From: Trichomonas gallinae
Lineage: Eukaryota
Length of the DNA stretch: 34,872 bases
Direction of reading: 5' to 3'
Assembly: GCA_008369845.1 (NCBI GenBank)
Contig: MRSU01003047.1
Span: 1 to 34,872, forward strand
This document shows positions 28,522-34,872 of the stretch, one piece after another (positions within the stretch are counted from its first letter, which is position 1; the number at the start of each line of letters is the position of its first letter). The translations under genes were made by a program, and so were the position numbers. The notes beneath the pieces are model-generated. The model searched no databases. It was not told the origin of the DNA and saw only the letters and a program-made list of their open reading frames with translations.

Positions 28522-31500
28522 TCACTTAGTCCAATTGTCAATATTCTCTTCTACTCTCTTCTTAATATCTTCCAAATCTGGTAACAACATAATTAAAGTG
28601 TCAAAAGTTGGAATTAATACTCCTTTGAAAAATGCAGGCTCTGAGTCACCCCAATGCACGTTCTTCCTTGCTTTTCCATCTCTATCATAAGAAATCCCCT
28701 CAACTCTGCTCAAATCACCTTGAGCGAAGAATTCATCTGGTAATCCTTTCTTATCAGCAAGTTCGCTTGTTCTGTTAACAGAGCCAAGATCTGCAGCTTT
28801 TATGAGAATTTCTGTGGTCATGATTCTCGTTTCCTTGTCTTCCAATGAAAATTTATCATCGTCAGCAAGTTTTTGTGCTTTTTCGAGAATTTCAAAATGC
28901 TTTGACATGTCTGTAGCAAGAATAAGCCTCGAAGCTATACTTAGAACCTCCTTCTTGTCTTCTTCTTTGCCGAGGAAGTTAAACTCATTCATGCATTTCT
29001 CGAGAAAAGCAGCACTTTTCACCTCTAAAGGTGACAATTTTAGCATCGATTCGTAAAGAATTCCGAGCTTAATGTTCGCGAATCCATCGTGCAAAGCATC
29101 ATGAGAAAGGGCAGCAACATACAAAGCAAGCCTCTCTATTGGCAGCAGAACTTGTCCGTATGATGGCTGGCAGAATTTAACGCATTGTGAGAAAACGTCG
29201 ACCGAATGATGATAATCGTGGAATGTCGCAGTGCAATTTGCAAATATTTCTCTGACGAACTTAATGAAAACTCCAATATCTATATCCAATGGTTTCGATA
29301 GTCCGTCCTTTTCAATAAACTCCGCAACAGCAATGGCAAGTTCCCTTGAGTTGAACTGATTCGAGTCAAAAACATCAGAAGCAAAATCAATTCCTGTCCT
29401 TAGTTTGTCGGGAACTGCTGGACCTTTTATCTCACTCAGTCCTTCATTGTTCATTTCCTTGACTTGCTCATCAGCACCGGCAATGCTCGAAATATATGCA
29501 GCAGCAATGGAAGCGTGTAAAATCGCATTGACGATGGAATCTGGCCCGTGAACACAATATTGGAAAACCCCGACGGTTTTCCCAGTTTTTTGCGCTAAAA
29601 TTGGAGAGCAAATGAAATATGAGCCGTAGAAATCAGCGTAAGGCGTCATTGCTCTATTATTATTGACTCTTACCAAGCTAGAATCTTTTTGTACTTCGAT
29701 TTCTCTGTTATTTTGAGATGGTGTTGCGGAAACGGAATTAGGCATAACTAGTCTATCATTTGGATCAACTCTGATCATTTTTTCTTCACTTTTTGATTTC
29801 TGAATTTTATCATCTTTGTCATTTTGTTCTGTGGATTCTGGAACAGAATTAGATATAACAGGTTTACCATCTGGATTAATATTAATTTGTTCCACACTTT
29901 TTGCTTTTTGAATTTTATCATCTCTGTCGTTTTGAGCTGGTGTTGCTGGAACAGAATTGGGCATTGCAGGCCTCTCTTCTCCGTTATTTTGTTCGACGCT
30001 TTTTATTTCTATTTTCTGGTCGTTATTGTTATAATCTGTTTTTTCGGCAGCGTCAGGGACTCTAAATGTCTTTGGCGAGTTCTCTTTGAATGCTAGAATC
30101 GCATAATCGCTGCTAGAATCTATTGGCTCTCCAGCTCCAGCAACTTTTTCTAATCCGCCACCTGTTGCTAGGAAAACTGTTGCACTTAAGACGCCTTTGA
30201 TCTCATGGAAATAGTCGAAAGCCAAATCCACGACATCTTGCTGATTTGTGATTTTATCTGTTTTTGCTTTTATTATCATATTCGGACAGAGTGATGCTAT
30301 CCTGAGAGCCAGAGCATTTTGCAGTGATATTCCGCAAAAGACAGCAAATGCAGAAAGTTTCCTCACAACTTGGTCAGCAATTTCACCAAATTCGTCCATA
30401 GATGATACTGACACAGCACCGAGTGTCTCATTTGAAGCAGAAAAGATGGGAACTATTATTATTTCTTTGACATCTGCATGACCCGCTGAATCAACATCAG
30501 GATTAAATAATGGATCGCTTGTATCATAGAATTGTGTCTTTTGCTCACTTATGCAGAGTCCCATGAGCGAATCATTCAGGCTGGTGATGTTCAAAGATAG
30601 CTCATCGCCGCCATAACCACTAATTAAAGTATTTCCAAATTTCATGCAGACACTGACTGGTTTTTGAAAGTGTTCTGAGAGCCATTTTTCTATGAAAACG
30701 GCTATTTTGTCGACTTCTGATACTTTTAAGACTTCTTTCGCGAATTTAATTAAATCAAAAATTGGTTTTGACGTATCTTGGTTTAATCTCTGTGGCAATA
30801 GATGTAATTTGAATGAGTACGCAATTGATAATATTGCAAATGGTGAAATCTTCTCGATTATTATCTTTTGATTATTCGAATAAAAACCATCACCATTTTT
30901 ACCTCTGAGAGCAATTGCATATACTATATCATCAACTTTTTCGACATATGTTAATATTGCACCGCCAGCTTTTCCATCTATTGTAGAATTGTAATTTGAA
31001 TGATATTTCACATTTCTTTCATTGATTGATACTTTCGTCATTAAGCAAAATCCTACAACACCAACTTTATTTTTCTTTACTATCATGAAATTGTCTTCTT
31101 TGTAATCATATCTGAAAAATTGATTTTCTTTTTCTCTGTAACACCAATAATCAACATCTTGGGCTTCAAATGCTGTTTTGTATACTGCTGTTAGCGTGTT
31201 TATTACTTCTTTTGTTTTCTTTACGCATGAAAGATTATTTGCAGTATCAATAACTGTCGATGAAGTTGCGACACTTGTTCCGTACAACGAGAATTTCTTC
31301 ATGAAAAACGTTGCATCCTGTATATTTTCGTCTGTGAATGTCGCTTCGCCTTTATTTCGTGAAATTTGGATAACAGCGATTGTATCGCCGCTCTTTAAGT
31401 ATAATGGGAAAACTAGTTGTGGAGATCGCGATTCAACTTGTAATTTTTGTCTTGCCAGTCTATTTTCGATTGATGCAACATTTATTGGCATTCTTGCTTG

Positions 31501-31905
31501 AAGAGCGGCAGGAATAATAGTATCATCGCCTTCTAAACGAGCTTCGAGTGTTTTTGAGTAAAATGAATTTGAATAAACGTCGTATTTCCAAAAAATTGCT
31601 CGATATGCTTGAAAAACCTGTGCAAAAACAGGCTCCATTGCAAGATTTAGAGGTTTATGTTGACAATTCTCCATCAATTCTTCAAATATATCCTCATTTA
31701 GCAAACGTTTTTGAGATAATATGAACATTTTCTGTTCTTTTGGATCCGTCAGTGGAGGCATAGTGTCATAGAACTGTCCTCTAAGCTTTTGCGTGCGTTT
31801 GCATTGACTGACGAAAGCTGGATCAACGACACCTATAACTTTCGTCATTGTAACGTGCAAATTTTTTAAATCTTTTAATACTGAAAACACAGACTGTACA
31901 TGCAT
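28522..31905 (-). CDS. GAF-domain class I 3',5'-cyclic nucleotide phosphodiesterase family protein
   Basis: PDE motifs are FHDYHHSVDV, AALSHDALHDGFAN, ILATDMSKHF, LIKAADL and EFFAQGD. GAF-like segments are LVFPLY..DTIAVIQI, HSNYNSTID and DPLFNPDVD..IIIVPIF..TLGAV. The first ATG is at 31905, and 31848 (MTKVIG) is an alternative start. The track start 31917 is TTG. Confidence 0.88.
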   Translation of the reverse strand: MHVQSVFSVLKDLKNLHVTMTKVIGVVDPAFVSQCKRTQKLRGQFYDTMPPLTDPKEQKMFILSQKRLLNEDIFEELMENCQHKPLNLAMEPVFAQVFQAYRAIFWKYDVYSNSFYSKTLEARLEGDDTIIPAALQARMPINVASIENRLARQKLQVESRSPQLVFPLYLKSGDTIAVIQISRNKGEATFTDENIQDATFFMKKFSLYGTSVATSSTVIDTANNLSCVKKTKEVINTLTAVYKTAFEAQDVDYWCYREKENQFFRYDYKEDNFMIVKKNKVGVVGFCLMTKVSINERNVKYHSNYNSTIDGKAGGAILTYVEKVDDIVYAIALRGKNGDGFYSNNQKIIIEKISPFAILSIAYSFKLHLLPQRLNQDTSKPIFDLIKFAKEVLKVSEVDKIAVFIEKWLSEHFQKPVSVCMKFGNTLISGYGGDELSLNITSLNDSLMGLCISEQKTQFYDTSDPLFNPDVDSAGHADVKEIIIVPIFSASNETLGAVSVSSMDEFGEIADQVVRKLSAFAVFCGISLQNALALRIASLCPNMIIKAKTDKITNQQDVVDLAFDYFHEIKGVLSATVFLATGGGLEKVAGAGEPIDSSSDYAILAFKENSPKTFRVPDAAEKTDYNNNDQKIEIKSVEQNNGEERPAMPNSVPATPAQNDRDDKIQKAKSVEQININPDGKPVISNSVPESTEQNDKDDKIQKSKSEEKMIRVDPNDRLVMPNSVSATPSQNNREIEVQKDSSLVRVNNNRAMTPYADFYGSYFICSPILAQKTGKTVGVFQYCVHGPDSIVNAILHASIAAAYISSIAGADEQVKEMNNEGLSEIKGPAVPDKLRTGIDFASDVFDSNQFNSRELAIAVAEFIEKDGLSKPLDIDIGVFIKFVREIFANCTATFHDYHHSVDVFSQCVKFCQPSYGQVLLPIERLALYVAALSHDALHDGFANIKLGILYESMLKLSPLEVKSAAFLEKCMNEFNFLGKEEDKKEVLSIASRLILATDMSKHFEILEKAQKLADDDKFSLEDKETRIMTTEILIKAADLGSVNRTSELADKKGLPDEFFAQGDLSRVEGISYDRDGKARKNVHWGDSEPAFFKGVLIPTFDTLIMLLPDLEDIKKRVEENIDNWTK
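29690..29964 (-). repeat. Internal triplication of a 36-37 aa unit in the PDE
   Basis: MPNSVPATPAQNDRDDKIQK / ISNSVPESTEQNDKDDKIQK / MPNSVSATPSQNNREIEVQK start at 29964, 29856 and 29745 (periods 108 and 111 bp). Confidence 0.9.
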
Positions 31906-32699
31906 AGTTAATCCCAAAAATCATATTTTCAAATCATGAATTCTTGTTTTCATCAAGATATTTTAAATTTTAATTTTTCCCTATATTTCATTGAATGTAT
32001 AGAGATCATATTACTCAGTGTCAGTGAAATCAGGTTTTAATGGTTTGAGTTGATGTATTAATTGAAATTTCAATATAACTTGTGAAGTTTTCATATAGAT
32101 TACTCATATGTATTGTGATGAAAGCTATGGCAATCCTGAAGGCGTGTACACTCAACTTGGTCTTCTCTTTTTGCGAAAATAGTTTCATATGTTTTGTGGA
32201 CATCCTGTACACAAAGACACACTCAAAATGTTAATACAAAGTATTTTTCGGTGCACAGGATGTCCAAAAACAAGTTCAGGATGAAATCAACAAATTGATA
32301 AAATCGTTGATTATGTCCTAGTGCAGGAAAAAAGCAATTTACTGTAATCTCATTTGCAGTGCTTAGATATTTCATAGTGCTGCCTTCTCAAGTTTGAATT
32401 TTGAATAAAACCTTAGGATTCACTCCTATTTTATTAAGTTGAACCTTTTTGATGGAATATTATGTTCTGCATGTGCATTTGAATTATATTTTCAAAATGA
32501 AACCAGAATCAATTTTGTAGGGAGAATCTGACGCACTAATCATACGTTTTATTTAAAAAAATTTTCTACCAAGAATTGGCAATGATAAAAAAATAATCAA
32601 AAGTGTCATTTTGAATGTTCGGTTTTGGAACACGGCGTATTAAGACTGAAGGGTTCATATATAAAAGAATATGTGATGCAACGATATATCCTGAGTTCA

Positions 32700-33670
32700 T
32701 CCATCATCATAGATTAACGCAATAGATAAGAGACGCCGATTTTTGTAACCTTGAATTAAAAGATGCATTCGATAAAATTCGAAAATATTACGACAACAAA
32801 ACCGTTCACCCTATTTTTATTCAAAATTTTCTAGTGTACACATTCAAAACGACCTTATTAAACTTCGAATATTACGATAAACTCTACCAAATGATTTCTG
32901 GATACATGGAAAATCCAGGAATAGAAACATATAAATAAATCGAATATATTAGCACAACTGATCGTGGAAAAATTCCCATCGATTCAACTCTGGGTCTTTT
33001 GTTAAATTACAAAAATACCCCATTTCTATCAGCAATTCTCGAGAAAAATTACCAAAAATTTGTTTCTGAAGTTCATTCATTGACAATTCAAGCTCTCTAT
33101 ATTTCATCAAATATGATGCAGATGTCAACACGAAAAAAATTCATCGTTAGATTCTAATATTCACTAGATAATAACGGCATTCATATTTTGTTTTACAAAA
33201 TTCATCACTTCTTTTTCGAATTATTGATCTTGAGAATATTGACACAACAGATGAGATTATTGAATATCTTAAACCAAAGGTCAAGCATGATGAATGATGA
33301 TATATTTTTGGATGAATATTTTTGTCGATAAAATTGTTTTGCATTTTTCTCCATAAATACATGCTTAATCTCTATAATTTTAGAATAATAACTAATAAAA
33401 CAAATGAAGTTATAAACCATCATATTCATATAAATGATATTGTATTACATAAATCAATGGAAAATATATTCTGAAGACCTACTTTTATATATTCATTATA
33501 ACCTGATGTTTTCGATAGCATTACATCAGTTATATCATGACATTCGTCTAAGTTAGTTTTCAACTTGTTTAGAGTTTTACTTTCAAAGAAAGATTTTTTC
33601 GATTTAAAATTCTCAACCAACAGCTCCTTATTTCTAGTATATATTCCAATATTTCATTTTTTATCATGTA
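32700..33670 (-). pseudogene. Possible decayed gene of unknown family
   Basis: A chain of abutting or overlapping minus-strand short ORFs (33426-33620, 33205-33429, 33147-33362, 32949-33131) with protein-like segments such as YRELELSMNELQKQIFG. No motif was recognised. Confidence 0.35.
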
Positions 33671-33930
33671 GACTTGATTTTTTAAATTTGTGCAACAGAT
33701 TCAATTTCAATTTAATGAAAATGTGAATATGGATTGTATAAAGTGAAATTTATATTTACTCTTTAAGTTAAGTATATTCGAAAATTAAAATTCTTCGTTT
33801 TATGAGTAATAAATGAAGATCAAATTATGAATTAAACAATTTTATAAGTTACTACATGTCTAAAATTACAACAATAAAAGCTATTTCAATGAATTAAATT
33901 CACGCATGAAAAACATAACTAACAAAAAAT

Positions 33931-34632
33931 TTATTTTGATTTATCTTTGAGAAGTTTTGATAACTCTAATTTTCGTCTATTCAGTACTCGACAACTATTT
34001 TCTAATGTCTTTATCTGATTTTCTTTTTCATCAATATCAAATTTCTTCTCAAAACTAGAATTTATAAAAGCATTAGCCCAGTCAGGTTCAGGGCTTGCAC
34101 CAAAGTTCATTGATCTTATTGAATCATTTGCTAAAAATACTTCTAATGGATCTTCTGAAGGTAAAGGGGTTCTAAATGGATTATCTTGACGTTGCATTCT
34201 ATACATAGTAAGTGCGCTAAGTTTTGCTCTTGTTTGATTTAGTTGCTCCTTTAACTGATTCAATGTAACAATATAAGACGTTTCTTTTTGTTTCCATCTT
34301 TCGGCTAAGAAGCGCCTACGTTCATGTAGCATATTATATTTGAATTTAACTTTGTTTAAAGGATCACTATAATTTGATATTAGTATATCTAAATCTTTTA
34401 TCTTTTTATTGAATTGATCTTTGATGTCTTTCATCTTTTTTTGATGATTGTCTTTTAGTTCTGTTAATCTATCTTGAAGTTCTGCTCTTTGTGATTGCAA
34501 TTGTTCGCAAATTCCTTGAATTGCTTTCGTTTTCTTATCAAGTATCTGCAATTCCTCTTTCTTTGCGTTTATTTCTGCTTCTAAATCCTTTTCTTCTTTC
34601 TCTAAACTTTCGTAGGTCTCACTTTTGCTCAT
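33931..34632 (-). CDS. Coiled-coil hypothetical protein
   Basis: Heptad-rich K/E/Q/L sequence. The ATG at 34632 (MSKSETYE) is preferred because AAAGTGAC lies 3 nt upstream; the ATG at 34662 is the alternative. The stop is embedded in TAAA (33930-33933). Confidence 0.8.
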   Translation of the reverse strand: MSKSETYESLEKEEKDLEAEINAKKEELQILDKKTKAIQGICEQLQSQRAELQDRLTELKDNHQKKMKDIKDQFNKKIKDLDILISNYSDPLNKVKFKYNMLHERRRFLAERWKQKETSYIVTLNQLKEQLNQTRAKLSALTMYRMQRQDNPFRTPLPSEDPLEVFLANDSIRSMNFGASPEPDWANAFINSSFEKKFDIDEKENQIKTLENSCRVLNRRKLELSKLLKDKSK

Positions 34633-34635
34633 TTT

Positions 34636-34643
34636 GTCACTTT
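34636..34643 (-). promoter_or_regulatory. AAAGTGAC motif (Trichomonas M2-like ATG-proximal element)
   Basis: The minus strand reads AAAAGTGACAAAATG. This matches the M2 motif as I recall it from T. vaginalis core-promoter work. Confidence 0.55.
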
Positions 34644-34872
34644 TGCACTTATTTTTGATCATTTTATTTGTCAAATATCATAATTACATGACATAATTTG
34701 ACATGTAAATAATGTACAAAATTATTTTTCCCAAATTACAGTCTTATATAGCATATAAATAGTTTGCCAAACACCTATTAAAAAAGGGGGGAAACTCCCT
34801 CCGCCTTTTCAGATCGACTCGAAACCATGCCTGTTGGATACATATGGAATAGGGGAATATGATCTCTAACGG

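Noticed and set aside
31184..31195. GCTAACAGCAG on the minus strand resembling a branch point/3' splice site
   Set aside because: The spacing is off by one, and it lies in an uninterrupted PDE frame with no need for splicing.
19287..31905. cAMP-signalling gene cluster (CNB protein plus GAF-PDE)
   Set aside because: The genes are 8 kb apart with unrelated genes between them and both belong to large families, so there is no evidence of linkage.
31921..31953. In-frame upstream MKTRIHDLKI-TGA suggesting readthrough or selenocysteine in the PDE
   Set aside because: It is a short AT-rich stretch with no supporting motif, and downstream ATGs give adequate starts.
34798..34815. GCCTTTT resembling U5 snRNA loop 1
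   Set aside because: It is not followed by AC, and no convincing enclosing stem or Sm site is visible.

Overview
AT-rich, gene-dense, apparently intron-less eukaryotic DNA in the standard genetic code. The gene families and core-promoter-like motifs (Inr-like HCAHW, AAAGTGAC, TAAA overlapping a stop codon) suggest a parabasalid, most likely Trichomonas vaginalis or a relative; this is inference, with no database search. Intact genes: an ARM-repeat protein, an RNI-like LRR/coiled-coil protein, a divergent DOCK-family protein, an acidic hypothetical protein, a CHD-like SNF2 remodeler with an unexpected N-terminal RhoGAP-like domain, a cyclic-nucleotide-binding protein, an M60-like membrane-anchored zinc peptidase, an HxxxD acyltransferase-fold protein, a small dually acylated protein, a GAF-containing class I phosphodiesterase and a coiled-coil protein. 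Two intergenic blocks look like decayed genes, one with an ankyrin remnant. Non-coding structure includes three diverged tandem arrays next to gene starts, a recurrent upstream motif TTTACATG(T/A)CA, and two candidate inverted-repeat elements. The most notable signal is the RhoGAP-chromodomain-SNF2 fusion lacking an obvious arginine finger, near a DOCK protein that seems to lack its catalytic nucleotide sensor.
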